Shown here one piece after another: positions 38,945 through 48,596 of a DNA stretch of 64,000 nt. The notes under the pieces were generated by a model. That model had not been told where the DNA came from. It was given only the letters and a program-made list of their open reading frames with translations, and did not search any database. The stretch is from Candidatus Omnitrophota bacterium. GTDB lineage: Bacteria; Omnitrophota; Gorgyraeia; DTHP01. The first letter of the stretch is position 1. Each line of letters opens with the position of its first letter. The position numbers and the translations under genes are program-made. The stretch spans positions 22,566 through 86,565 of the forward strand of contig JAMWCW010000005.1 in the NCBI GenBank assembly GCA_023819145.1, in the 5' to 3' direction.

Positions 38945-41590
38945 ATGTCTGAAAATTTTACCCCGATGATTAATCAGTATCTGGAGATAAAAAAGGATTA
39001 TCCCGATTCCATTCTTCTCTTTCGCTTGGGCGATTTCTATGAAATGTTTTTTGAAGATGCGAAAATCGCCTCAAGGGTTTTAAACATTACCCTAACTTCT
39101 CGTGAAGCAGGAAAAAATCGGCGTGTTCCGATGTGCGGAGTTCCTTACCATGCGGTAGATAATTATCTTTCCCGCCTTTTAAATGAAGGCTTTAAAGCGG
39201 TGATTGTAGAACAGGTTGAAGACCCAAAATTAGCCAAAGGAATTGTAAAGAGAGAAGTGGTACGAGTTGTTACTCCCGGTACTTTGACTACCGATAACCT
39301 TTTAAGGAGTAGCTTTAATAATTATATTGTCGCCTTGAATAAAAAAGAAAATCTCTTTGGTTTAGCAATTGCCGACATTTCTACCGGAGAATTTAGAATT
39401 ACTGAAGTTGACGCCATAGAAAGATTCTTGGCCGAGATTTTTCGGCTTGAGCCCAAAGAAGTGCTTGTTCCCCACGCTTTCAAGGGAGATGAATCCTTTC
39501 AGAAAAGTTTTTTATCGGTTTTGCCTAAGTCAATTACTTATTATGAAGATTGGCTTTTTTCTTATGAAACCGCATATAATTTTCTTATTCGCCATTTTAA
39601 TGTCGAGAGTCTTTTAGGTTTTGGTTGCGATGGTTTAGAAGTAGCCATTGGTTGTGCAGGGGCGCTTATCAAATATTTGGAAGAAACCCAAAAGTCCTCT
39701 CCCCGCCATATAAATCGTTTAAGTTTCTATTCAATCTCCGATTACATGCTTTTAGACTATGCTACGCAGAGAAATTTGGAACTGGTTAAAAACCTTTCTG
39801 AAGGAGCAAAAGAAAATACTTTATTTTATATTTTGGACAGGACTTTAACGCCCATGGGAAAACGACTTCTTTCCCAATGGCTCCTTCAGCCTCTAAAAGA
39901 TACCAAAGTCATAAATAGGCGTCTCGATGCGGTGGATGAATTTTGTAAAAATAGTTCTTTGCGCCATAGCTTAAGGGAAAAATTAGAGCATATTCAGGAT
40001 TTAGAACGTTTTGCCTCGCGTATCAGTTTGAAAATTACTTCTCCAAAAGATTTGGTTTCTTTAGCCAATTCCCTAAAAGTGGTAAAAGAGATAAAGAGAG
40101 AAATAAGTCAAGTAAACTCTTCTATTTTAAAAGAGATTCAAGAGAGACTGGATTGTATAGAGGAGGTGATTAATTTAATTGAAAGAGCGATTGTAGATGA
40201 GCCACCACACTCTTTGAGGGAGGGCGGGATAATCAAAGGTGGTTTTAATAAAGAACTCGACGAGTTGCGAGAAGTATTAAGGGGAGGAAAATCTTGGATT
40301 GCAGACCTGCAAAAGAGAGAAATCCAACGCACAGGAATTAACTCTTTGAAGGTAGGGTTTAATAAGGTCTTTGGTTATTATATTGAAGTAACTAAGCCCA
40401 ATCTTAAATTTGTCCCTTCCGATTATATCCGCAAACAAACCTTGGTTAATTGTGAACGTTTTATTACTCCCGAATTGAAAGAGTATGAGGCAAAAATTTT
40501 AAATGCCGAAGAAGAAATAGATATTCTGGAATACAGAATTTTTACGGATATTCTGGACAAGCTTTCTCAATTTGTCCCCAAGATTCAAGAGGCCGCGAGG
40601 AATATTTCTCTCTTAGACTGTTTTTCTTCTCTGGCAGAGGTTGCTTTACGGAATCATTATAATCGGCCTGAGGTTAACGATGGTTATGAAATATACATTG
40701 AAGAAGGAAGACATCCCGTAATTGAGATAAATCTGGGGACGAATAAGTTTGTTCCCAATGATACTTTGTTGGATAGCGAAGATAATCGGTTTTTGATCAT
40801 TACCGGTCCGAATATGGCGGGAAAGTCTACTTACATTCGTCAGGTTGCTTTAATTGTTCTACTGGCACAGATAGGGTTTTTTGTTCCGGCAAAGAAAGCA
40901 AAAATTGGAGTCGTAGACCGAATATTTACCCGCATCGGAGCACATGATGTTTTAGCCAAAGGATTAAGTACGTTTATGCTGGAAATGATAGAAACCGCGA
41001 ATATTTTAAACAATGCTACGGACAGAAGTTTAGTTATCTTGGATGAAGTAGGTCGGGGAACATCTACTTTGGACGGCCTTTCTATCGCCTGGGCAATATG
41101 CGAATTTATCCATAATTATTTAAAAGCGCGAACCCTTTTTGCAACGCACTATCATGAATTGACTGAGCTTTCCTTAACATTAAAAGGAGTCAAAAATTAT
41201 AATATTTCTGTTAAGGAGTGGGAGGATGAGGTTATCTTTTTATACAAGTTGGTGGAAGGAGGTTGTGATAAAAGTTTTGGGATTCATGTGGCACGTTTAG
41301 CAGGGGTCCCTCAGGAAGTAATTAGAAGAGCTAAAGAGATTTTAAGCAACTTAGAGATAAATTCCCTTGGGAAAGATAGCCTTCCTAAGTTAGCAAAATC
41401 AGAAATTGAGAAATTAAAGGAGAAACAACTTGATTTATTTGGCAATCTTTCACCCTCTTTAATCGATGAGTTAAAGCAAATCGACTTAGATAAAATTACC
41501 CCCTTAGAGGCAATGTTAAAGCTTAAAGATTTGCAGAGAAGAATTGAAAATCAAAAGAACAAATATCAAAACGACACATCAAAGGTCTAA
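38945..41590 (+). CDS. mutS: DNA mismatch repair protein MutS
   Basis: 881 aa; N-terminal mismatch-binding domain; ABC ATPase Walker A GPNMAGKST and the MutS signature STFMLEM; followed by mutL. Confidence 0.95.
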   Translation: MSENFTPMINQYLEIKKDYPDSILLFRLGDFYEMFFEDAKIASRVLNITLTSREAGKNRRVPMCGVPYHAVDNYLSRLLNEGFKAVIVEQVEDPKLAKGIVKREVVRVVTPGTLTTDNLLRSSFNNYIVALNKKENLFGLAIADISTGEFRITEVDAIERFLAEIFRLEPKEVLVPHAFKGDESFQKSFLSVLPKSITYYEDWLFSYETAYNFLIRHFNVESLLGFGCDGLEVAIGCAGALIKYLEETQKSSPRHINRLSFYSISDYMLLDYATQRNLELVKNLSEGAKENTLFYILDRTLTPMGKRLLSQWLLQPLKDTKVINRRLDAVDEFCKNSSLRHSLREKLEHIQDLERFASRISLKITSPKDLVSLANSLKVVKEIKREISQVNSSILKEIQERLDCIEEVINLIERAIVDEPPHSLREGGIIKGGFNKELDELREVLRGGKSWIADLQKREIQRTGINSLKVGFNKVFGYYIEVTKPNLKFVPSDYIRKQTLVNCERFITPELKEYEAKILNAEEEIDILEYRIFTDILDKLSQFVPKIQEAARNISLLDCFSSLAEVALRNHYNRPEVNDGYEIYIEEGRHPVIEINLGTNKFVPNDTLLDSEDNRFLIITGPNMAGKSTYIRQVALIVLLAQIGFFVPAKKAKIGVVDRIFTRIGAHDVLAKGLSTFMLEMIETANILNNATDRSLVILDEVGRGTSTLDGLSIAWAICEFIHNYLKARTLFATHYHELTELSLTLKGVKNYNISVKEWEDEVIFLYKLVEGGCDKSFGIHVARLAGVPQEVIRRAKEILSNLEINSLGKDSLPKLAKSEIEKLKEKQLDLFGNLSPSLIDELKQIDLDKITPLEAMLKLKDLQRRIENQKNKYQNDTSKV

Positions 41591-41599
41591 ATTTATTAT

Positions 41600-43282
41600 A
41601 TGCATAAAAAAATAGTTATTCTTCCTCAAGAAGTTGTCAATAAAATTGCTGCCGGAGAAGTGGTAGAAAGGCCGGCATCAGTTGTGAAAGAACTGGTAGA
41701 AAATTCTTTAGATGCAGAAGCAAGCCTCATTGAGGTAGAAATAAAAGAGGCAGGAAAAAAGTTCATTAGAGTTACGGATAATGGGATAGGAATGAGTCGC
41801 CAAGATGCTTTACTCTGCACAAAGTCTCACGCTACCAGTAAAATTTCCTCCATTGAGGATTTGGAAAGAATCTTTACTCTTGGCTTTCGGGGGGAAGCCC
41901 TTTCTTCCATTGCCAGCGTTTCCTTAATGCGCGTAGTTACAAAAAATGAAGAAGAAGATTTAGGGATAGAATTAGAGATTGAGGGTGGAGAGATTAAGGC
42001 CAAAAGAGAAGTAAGTGTTAGAAGGGGGACGAGCATAGCAGTAAGGAACCTTTTTTATAACACCCCTGCCCGTAAAAAATTCTTAAAATCATCTGCTACC
42101 GAATTAGCACATATCATTCATATCTTAGAACAGTTTGCTTTGGCTTATCCGGAGGTTAATTTTCGTTTAATCCATCAAGAAAAAGAACTGTTTAATTTTT
42201 TGCCTCAAGAGAGTTTAAAAGAGAGGATAAAAGAAGTTTTGGGTAAAGAATTAGCAGACAGTCTCTTGGAAGTAGAATTTAAGGATAAGGAGTTAGAAAT
42301 TACTGGTTTTGTGAGTAAACCAGAATTTTTTCGGTTTGACCGTTATGGACAATTTCTTTTTGTGAATAGAAGGGCGGTGACGAATAAATCTTTTTCTCAT
42401 GCGTTATCCAGCGTCTATCAGGAATTGCTTCCTAAGGAACGTTTTCCGGTGGCTATAATTTTCTTAGAAATAGCACCAAAGTTATTAGATGTCAATGTTC
42501 ATCCTACTAAAAGAGAAGTCCGTTTTCAAAATGAAGGGATAATCCATGATTCACTGGTTAAGGCAATAAAAGAGGCACTTACCAATAGTTCTCTAATCCT
42601 TGAGCTTAAAGAAAAATTCTACTCTTCATTTCAAGATAAGGCTGAAGAAATAATTCCTCCCTTAGTAAAAGAAAGTTTTTCTCCACGCGAGATAAATTTA
42701 GTTAGTTCCGATACTCCTTTTATCCATAAGTTACCCTTTTTACAGATTGCCAATCTTTATATAGTTATTTCCGATGATGAGGGAATTTTAATCATTGACC
42801 AACACGCTGCCAGCGAAAGGATTATTTTTGGTATTTTGTCAGAAAAGGAAAAGCCCATAGAGACGCAAAACCTTTTAATTCCCGAGATAATTGACTTAGC
42901 AGTGCGGGAAGCAGAGATTTTGAAAGAAAATCTGGATAAATTTAAAGAAATTGGTTTTGAAATTGAAGAATTCGGAAGGAATAGTTTTCAGGTTAGAAAA
43001 ATTCCTACAATTATTTCCCGTTCCCCACGAGAGCTGATTTTAGAAATCATCTCCGAAATTTATAAGGACGAGTCTAAAATTATGAAGCTTGAGAAAGAGA
43101 AATTGCTGAGTTTAATTGCCTGTCACTCCGCAGTTAGAAGAGGAGATGTTTTGGGAGAGTTGCAGATTTCTCGTTTGATACAGGATTTAAAAAGCACAAA
43201 ATTTCCTTGGACCTGTCCCCACGGAAGACCAACAATGATAAGATTAAACTGGGAGGAGTTACAGAGGATGTTCAAGAGATGA
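41600..43282 (+). CDS. mutL: DNA mismatch repair protein MutL
   Basis: GHKL ATPase N-terminus (VVKELVENSLDA, DNGIGM), C-terminal dimerisation domain with an endonuclease-type motif region; 560 aa. Confidence 0.92.
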   Translation: MHKKIVILPQEVVNKIAAGEVVERPASVVKELVENSLDAEASLIEVEIKEAGKKFIRVTDNGIGMSRQDALLCTKSHATSKISSIEDLERIFTLGFRGEALSSIASVSLMRVVTKNEEEDLGIELEIEGGEIKAKREVSVRRGTSIAVRNLFYNTPARKKFLKSSATELAHIIHILEQFALAYPEVNFRLIHQEKELFNFLPQESLKERIKEVLGKELADSLLEVEFKDKELEITGFVSKPEFFRFDRYGQFLFVNRRAVTNKSFSHALSSVYQELLPKERFPVAIIFLEIAPKLLDVNVHPTKREVRFQNEGIIHDSLVKAIKEALTNSSLILELKEKFYSSFQDKAEEIIPPLVKESFSPREINLVSSDTPFIHKLPFLQIANLYIVISDDEGILIIDQHAASERIIFGILSEKEKPIETQNLLIPEIIDLAVREAEILKENLDKFKEIGFEIEEFGRNSFQVRKIPTIISRSPRELILEIISEIYKDESKIMKLEKEKLLSLIACHSAVRRGDVLGELQISRLIQDLKSTKFPWTCPHGRPTMIRLNWEELQRMFKR

Positions 43283-43389
43283 GCAATAAAATATCAAATA
43301 TAAAAAATCAAATATTAAGAGTAAAAATTCTCTTATTTCTTTACTTTTTGATTACTGCCTTCTGTTTTGTAAAGGAGGTGAATTCACAA

Positions 43390-44001
43390 ATGAAAATAAA
43401 ACTGCCCAGACCAAGAATTGGGGGAGGGATGAGTTTGTCGGAGAATTTAAATAAAAGGAAATCTTGGCGAAGTTTTGATTCACGAGCTTTAAAATTGGAA
43501 GATGTCTCCCAGATTCTTTGGTCAGGAGGAGGGAAGAAAGTAGATGCAGTAACGGGAGCAACAAGGGTTTATCCCTCGGCAGGAGCCACTTATCCTTTAG
43601 AGCTTTATTTGGTGGTAGGGGAGAATGGAGTCGAAGGACTTGCTGAGGGAATTTATTTATATCTCTGGCAAGAACACAGCATAGAGAAAATTTTAGGAAG
43701 CGATGTGCGGAAAAATCTTGCAAATGCATGTTTGGGACAAAGTTTTATTGCTGAGGCACCTATTTCTGTGGTTGTTTTAGCTGAATATGAGAGAACCACT
43801 GCTCACTATGGAAAGAGAGGTGTTCAATATGTGCATCTGGAAGCAGGGAACATTACTCAAAATTTACATTTAGTAGCGGAGGAGTTGGACTTAGGAACAG
43901 TAATCGTCGGAGCTTTCTCGGATGCAGTGGTAAAAAAAGTTTTGGAGATTCCTAGGAATTTGGAACCTTTGGCAATAATGCCCATAGGATATAAGAAGTA
44001 A
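43390..44001 (+). CDS. SagB/ThcOx-type nitroreductase-family dehydrogenase
   Basis: RKSWRSF...LSQILWSGGG...YPSAGATYPLELYLVV..GL..GIYLY motif series typical of SagB-type dehydrogenase domains. ATG at 43390 has a strong RBS (AAAGGAGGTG); an in-frame upstream ATG at 43279 overlaps the mutL stop and would add a hydrophobic N-terminus. Confidence 0.7.
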   Translation: MKIKLPRPRIGGGMSLSENLNKRKSWRSFDSRALKLEDVSQILWSGGGKKVDAVTGATRVYPSAGATYPLELYLVVGENGVEGLAEGIYLYLWQEHSIEKILGSDVRKNLANACLGQSFIAEAPISVVVLAEYERTTAHYGKRGVQYVHLEAGNITQNLHLVAEELDLGTVIVGAFSDAVVKKVLEIPRNLEPLAIMPIGYKK

Positions 44002-44022
44002 TGCAAGGAGGCAAATATCAGA

Positions 44023-44586
44023 ATGCAAAATAATGATTCAAAATTTAAAAAGGTAGAGATTCCTCTGAAACGGGCGAATCGCCTAATTAACCATGGACCA
44101 GTAGTTTTGGTTACTTCAAAATATAAAGATAAAACAAATATTGTTACCTTAGCTTGGACTACTCCTGTTTCCCACAATCCTCCGTTAGTGGCTATCTGTA
44201 TTCATCAAAATCACTTCTCCCACGGACTAATTAAGGAATCTAAGGAATTTGTAATTAATGTTCCCGATGAAGGTTTAATAGAAAAAGTTCATAGATGTGG
44301 GACAGTTTCTGGTAGGGAGATAGATAAATTTAAGGAATTTGGGCTTACTCCTCTTAAAGCAGAAAAGGTTGCTCCACCGTTAATAAAGGAATGTTTTGCC
44401 CATTTGGAATGCAGGGTTGTGGATATCTATTCTAGAGGGGACCATTCTATAATTTTAGGAGAAGTCCTTTGCGCTCAGATAAAAGAAGGTTTGTTTAAGG
44501 AAGTTTTAGATATTGAGCATATTAAAACCCTTCACCATTTGGGAGCAAATTTTTATACGACCACTGATGGGGTGAAGAAGGTATAG
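44023..44586 (+). CDS. Flavin reductase-like FMN-binding split-barrel protein
   Basis: 187 aa; flavin reductase domain pattern (..VVLVTS......N...L.W......P.P.V.I.I......S...I....EFVINV..). Confidence 0.7.
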   Translation: MQNNDSKFKKVEIPLKRANRLINHGPVVLVTSKYKDKTNIVTLAWTTPVSHNPPLVAICIHQNHFSHGLIKESKEFVINVPDEGLIEKVHRCGTVSGREIDKFKEFGLTPLKAEKVAPPLIKECFAHLECRVVDIYSRGDHSIILGEVLCAQIKEGLFKEVLDIEHIKTLHHLGANFYTTTDGVKKV

Positions 44587-44597
44587 TTAGAAGTAAT

Positions 44598-46715
44598 TTA
44601 GGGAATTTCTCCAAAGTATAGCAGAAAGTATTCTTCAATTTCTTCTCGCAGACCAGGAAAACTTTCTGGTGATTTTTTTAAAGTTTGATAAGCTGAGGTT
44701 AATGCTTGACGAAACATTTCGTAAGCAATTGATTCTCGAAATTGCTCAAGAGGGATATCGGTGTTAATGACTACATCGGCATTTTCAAAAGTAGGATAGA
44801 GATATTTATCCTCACCCATCCGTACATATTTCCATTGTTCAATTGAACGCATTGTTCCCCAGGGAGTGGGCGAGCGAGTTTGCATATCTCTGGCGACTCG
44901 TCGTGGTAGCCTGATGTAGGGGGAAGCATCTATCGCCACCTTTACGGTGGGGAATATGCTTTCTTCAATAATGGGATTTCCTTTCTCATCTGTAAAAATC
45001 AAAGGATTTAGAGCATGTATCCCTTCGATTATGAGAATATCCCCCGGATTAAGTGTTATCTTTATCCCTGAATGAGGGATGCTTCTTCCGCTTTTAAAAT
45101 CAAAAATAGGAATTTCTACAGTTTCTCCAGCAAGTAAACGTGCCAAATCTTCTTGGAATTTTGCGATGTTAACTGCACGGGGATGTTCAAAATCTTTGGC
45201 TATTTCCTTGCCATTTTCATCAACAATACTCGGGGTGTCTTCGCGATCTACAAAATAGTTGTCCATATTGATTTTCCATACATTTGTTCTTCCCCGGGCG
45301 AGGAGATATTTTTCAACTATTTCTGCACCGGGAGATTTGCCGGCAGCGGAAACTCCGCCAATGCGAATTATTGCAACTTTATTTGGGTAACGCAGGATTT
45401 TTTCTTCAATTTTCTCCAGTGCAGGTTGATACATAGAATCTGAAAGTCCAAAAAGTTCGAATTCTGTTCTTTGTTCTTCTACTCTCGCTAATCTATACGC
45501 ATCATCCAGATGGTCATCCTTTGCCACAGCGATTTCGCCTTGGGTATTTATTAGGAGAGTAATTAAGCGCGCTTTTCTCAGGTCTTCAAGCATTCCTTTG
45601 GAGGCTTTATAGAAAGTGTCAAGAGCAATTTTATAAGTTCCTCTTTCATCTTGCATTATACGGAATCCTACGACTTCAAGGGTTTCAGGGTTATAGGCTA
45701 AATATCTTAGCGGTTCTTCACCAAAGCCAATATTTTTGCGCACAAAAGCATAGATTTCTATGCCACTTCCTGCTCTTAAAATTTCTCTTGCCCGTTCATC
45801 ATATTTTTTAACTGCTTGAGCAAATTCTTCTGTTTTCACAGTTAAGGGTTTTTCTTCAGGCATAAATATTTCGGGGAATAAGAGGTAATATTTTAAGGCA
45901 TGTTCTTCTAAGAATAGATAATCATTTCTTGAATAATCTCGCCAATTTACAATTGCCCGTTCTCTGACCGAAGGCGTTACATTTTGAGCAATTTTATATA
46001 AAGAAGTATGAGCAGGAATGGGAATAATATCTTGTTTTGCGCCTTCAATGAAATGGATTCTCCTTTCTTGACTTTCGCCTAAGCATCCATAAACCCAGCT
46101 CAATTGCCACCACAGCCTTATATTGTAAGGATACTTTTCAATCATTTCTTTGTATAACTTTTCTAATTCCTTGTATACCTCAAGAGAAGTAGGGTTATCC
46201 CTTTGTTGAGTCAACAATTCATTTTCCCATTCAAAATAGGATGGCTCGATTGCTTCCGTGGCAAATTGGGGCATTTCTCTCTGCTGATAGGTTATTACCA
46301 TTGTGCCATTTTGGTTGGTGCATTCTTTAAATTCATATTTCTGTAATGCTTCATATATTAAGAAGGTTAAATGATTTATCTGGTATTCTTCGGGGGTTAT
46401 CCTCCCTGTTTGAAACAGAAAATGTCTTGCTAATTTTCTAAAAGCAGGCTCACTAGGGGAGATACGGAGTTGTCTAAGCGCTTCAAAAGTTTCTGCGACT
46501 AAACTTGGTTCAATTCGAAAATTACTAAGACCAGATATCTCTCCAAGTATCTTTGTTAATAAATCTGCCCAAGGTTCTTTAATGGTAGCATCTTTGGGGG
46601 TTAAGATTCTTCTTGTGTTGAGTGATTCAGAAGATAGTGGTATGTATATTTGATTGAGGATAAATGTCAAAAAGATTATTATTACCAGCATTGTTTTAAA
46701 ACTTTTTTTATTCAT
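44598..46715 (-). CDS. Uridine kinase-family P-loop kinase fused to a ~440-aa N-terminal region of unknown function (N-terminal hydrophobic segment)
   Basis: C-terminal ~260 aa match Udk/PRK family: P-loop IGGVSAAGKS, DHP.A.., IP.YDF.., EGI.AL, IRL.RRV.RD motifs. The N-terminal 440 aa have no recognisable domain and begin with a signal/anchor-like helix. Confidence 0.7.
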   Translation of the reverse strand: MNKKSFKTMLVIIIFLTFILNQIYIPLSSESLNTRRILTPKDATIKEPWADLLTKILGEISGLSNFRIEPSLVAETFEALRQLRISPSEPAFRKLARHFLFQTGRITPEEYQINHLTFLIYEALQKYEFKECTNQNGTMVITYQQREMPQFATEAIEPSYFEWENELLTQQRDNPTSLEVYKELEKLYKEMIEKYPYNIRLWWQLSWVYGCLGESQERRIHFIEGAKQDIIPIPAHTSLYKIAQNVTPSVRERAIVNWRDYSRNDYLFLEEHALKYYLLFPEIFMPEEKPLTVKTEEFAQAVKKYDERAREILRAGSGIEIYAFVRKNIGFGEEPLRYLAYNPETLEVVGFRIMQDERGTYKIALDTFYKASKGMLEDLRKARLITLLINTQGEIAVAKDDHLDDAYRLARVEEQRTEFELFGLSDSMYQPALEKIEEKILRYPNKVAIIRIGGVSAAGKSPGAEIVEKYLLARGRTNVWKINMDNYFVDREDTPSIVDENGKEIAKDFEHPRAVNIAKFQEDLARLLAGETVEIPIFDFKSGRSIPHSGIKITLNPGDILIIEGIHALNPLIFTDEKGNPIIEESIFPTVKVAIDASPYIRLPRRVARDMQTRSPTPWGTMRSIEQWKYVRMGEDKYLYPTFENADVVINTDIPLEQFRESIAYEMFRQALTSAYQTLKKSPESFPGLREEIEEYFLLYFGEIP

Positions 46716-46798
46716 TTTTCTATGAAATATATAGCATAAAATAGAGGTAGTGACAAGATGACTTTAAACTTTTTGGTAATTGTGGTATAGTATAAAAA

Positions 46799-47581
46799 AT
46801 GGCATTTATTGCGCTAATTACTGATTTTGGTAATAGAGATGAATATGTGGGATTGGTTAAGGGAGTGATTTTAGAGGTAAATCCACAAGCTCAAATTATT
46901 GACCTTTCTCACGAAATTCCTCCTCAGGATTTAATCTGGGCCTCCTTCCTTTTAGGGAACGCTTATAAATTTTTTCCCAGAAAGACAATTTTTCTTTGCG
47001 TAGTTGATCCGGAAGTAGGGACAGAAAGACGGACGATTATTGTGAAAACAAAAGACTATTTCTTCGTTTGTCCGGATAATGGCATCTTAACCAAGGTTTT
47101 AGAAAGAGAAAAAGTGGAGCAGATAGTCGAAATAAGAAATAAGAAGTTTTTCCTGAAAGAAATCAGTTCTACCTTTCATGGTCGGGACATTATGGCACCA
47201 GTGGCGGGATATCTTTCCAAAGGAGTGGCTTTAGAAAAATTCGGACCTAAGATTAAAAACATAAGAAGGATTAAATTACCAACGCCCATAATGAGAAAAG
47301 ATTGTATGATTGGAAAAGTTATTCATATTGACCATTTTGGTAATTTGGTTACCAACATAGAGAAAGAATCATTGAGAAACAAGGTTCAAGCCTCTTTTTC
47401 TATTGCAATCAAGGGAAGGAAAATTCATAAGATAAATAATGCTTATGCGGAATCGAATAAGAGAAGACTTCTTGCCATCTGGGGAAGCAGGAATTTATTG
47501 GAGATTTCTATAAATTTGGGGAATGCTGCTAAAAAATTGATGGCAGGAAAAGGAGAAAAGGTTATTATCTATTTTTATTAG
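46799..47581 (+). CDS. S-adenosyl-L-methionine hydroxide adenosyltransferase family protein (DUF62, SalL/FlA-like)
   Basis: ALITDFG..D.YVG..KGVI......IIDLSHEIPP.D.......L.....FP..T...CVVDPEVGT.RR.I......FVCPDNG, the DUF62 N-domain signature. Confidence 0.8.
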   Translation: MAFIALITDFGNRDEYVGLVKGVILEVNPQAQIIDLSHEIPPQDLIWASFLLGNAYKFFPRKTIFLCVVDPEVGTERRTIIVKTKDYFFVCPDNGILTKVLEREKVEQIVEIRNKKFFLKEISSTFHGRDIMAPVAGYLSKGVALEKFGPKIKNIRRIKLPTPIMRKDCMIGKVIHIDHFGNLVTNIEKESLRNKVQASFSIAIKGRKIHKINNAYAESNKRRLLAIWGSRNLLEISINLGNAAKKLMAGKGEKVIIYFY

Positions 47582-47585
47582 GCAT

Positions 47586-48461
47586 ATGGTGATTAAAATT
47601 TTTATTTTTTTGAAGTATTTTTTTATTATAAGCGTGGGTATTTTTGCTTTTACTTTCTCACTCCTTATCCGCAATACTCTTCTTTCCCGTTGGCATGATA
47701 ATACTTTACCTTCCGAGTATGGAATGCCTTTTGAAGAGATTAATTTTTATAGTAAAGATAAAATAATGCTTAAAGGATGGCTAATTTTAAACAATAAAGA
47801 TTCATCCACAATAATCTTATGTCACGGTTTAGGGACAAACAAATCAGAGCTCTTAAGTATTGCTAAATTTATTTATGATGCGGGCTTTAATATATTTCTG
47901 TTTGATTTTCGCGGACACGGAGAAAGCCAAGGTAAGGTTTGTTCTTTAGGTTATTTTGAGCAGAAGGATTTAGAAGGGGCAATGGACTATCTTTATCAAA
48001 GGTTTGAGCATAAAAACATTGGTGTTTTTGGTTTATCCTTAGGTGGAGCGGTGGCGATTATGGTGGCGTCCAAAGATGAGCGGATTAAGATAGTAGTTTC
48101 TGAAGGTGCTTATAAAGAACTATATTCCTCGATGCTTTATTTTGCAAAAGTTTTTTATTCTTTGCCTAAAATCCCCTTTAACATCTTCTTAAGAATAGCA
48201 TATTTTTTGCGCTTTGGAATTGACCCTCAAGATGTTTCTCCTCAAAAAGTAATTACCCACATTTCTCCTCGCCCAGTTTTTATTATCAACGGAGAAAAGG
48301 ATAAACAAATTCCTCCCCAAAACGCTTACACGCTCTTTGAAAGAGCACATGCACCCAAAGAAATTTGGATTATTCCTCAAGCAGACCACGGTGAGGGTTA
48401 TGGTTTATATCCGGAAGTATATTCCCAAAAAATAATTAATTTTTTGAAAAAAAACATATGA
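47586..48461 (+). CDS. Alpha/beta-fold hydrolase with N-terminal membrane anchor
   Basis: Nucleophile elbow GLSLGG, HG...RGHGES region, C-terminal Asp/His (PQADHGEGY); 291 aa. Confidence 0.75.
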   Translation: MVIKIFIFLKYFFIISVGIFAFTFSLLIRNTLLSRWHDNTLPSEYGMPFEEINFYSKDKIMLKGWLILNNKDSSTIILCHGLGTNKSELLSIAKFIYDAGFNIFLFDFRGHGESQGKVCSLGYFEQKDLEGAMDYLYQRFEHKNIGVFGLSLGGAVAIMVASKDERIKIVVSEGAYKELYSSMLYFAKVFYSLPKIPFNIFLRIAYFLRFGIDPQDVSPQKVITHISPRPVFIINGEKDKQIPPQNAYTLFERAHAPKEIWIIPQADHGEGYGLYPEVYSQKIINFLKKNI

Positions 48462-48596
48462 TTGAAACTCTCGGAGATTATTTTAAAGACGCAGTTTGGA
48501 ATTTACAGGCTACGTTCAGAGTTAATTAATTGTTTTTGCATAAATTTTTGGCGCAGAGGATAATGTTATAAAAACTATATTTAGGGAAGAATTTAG

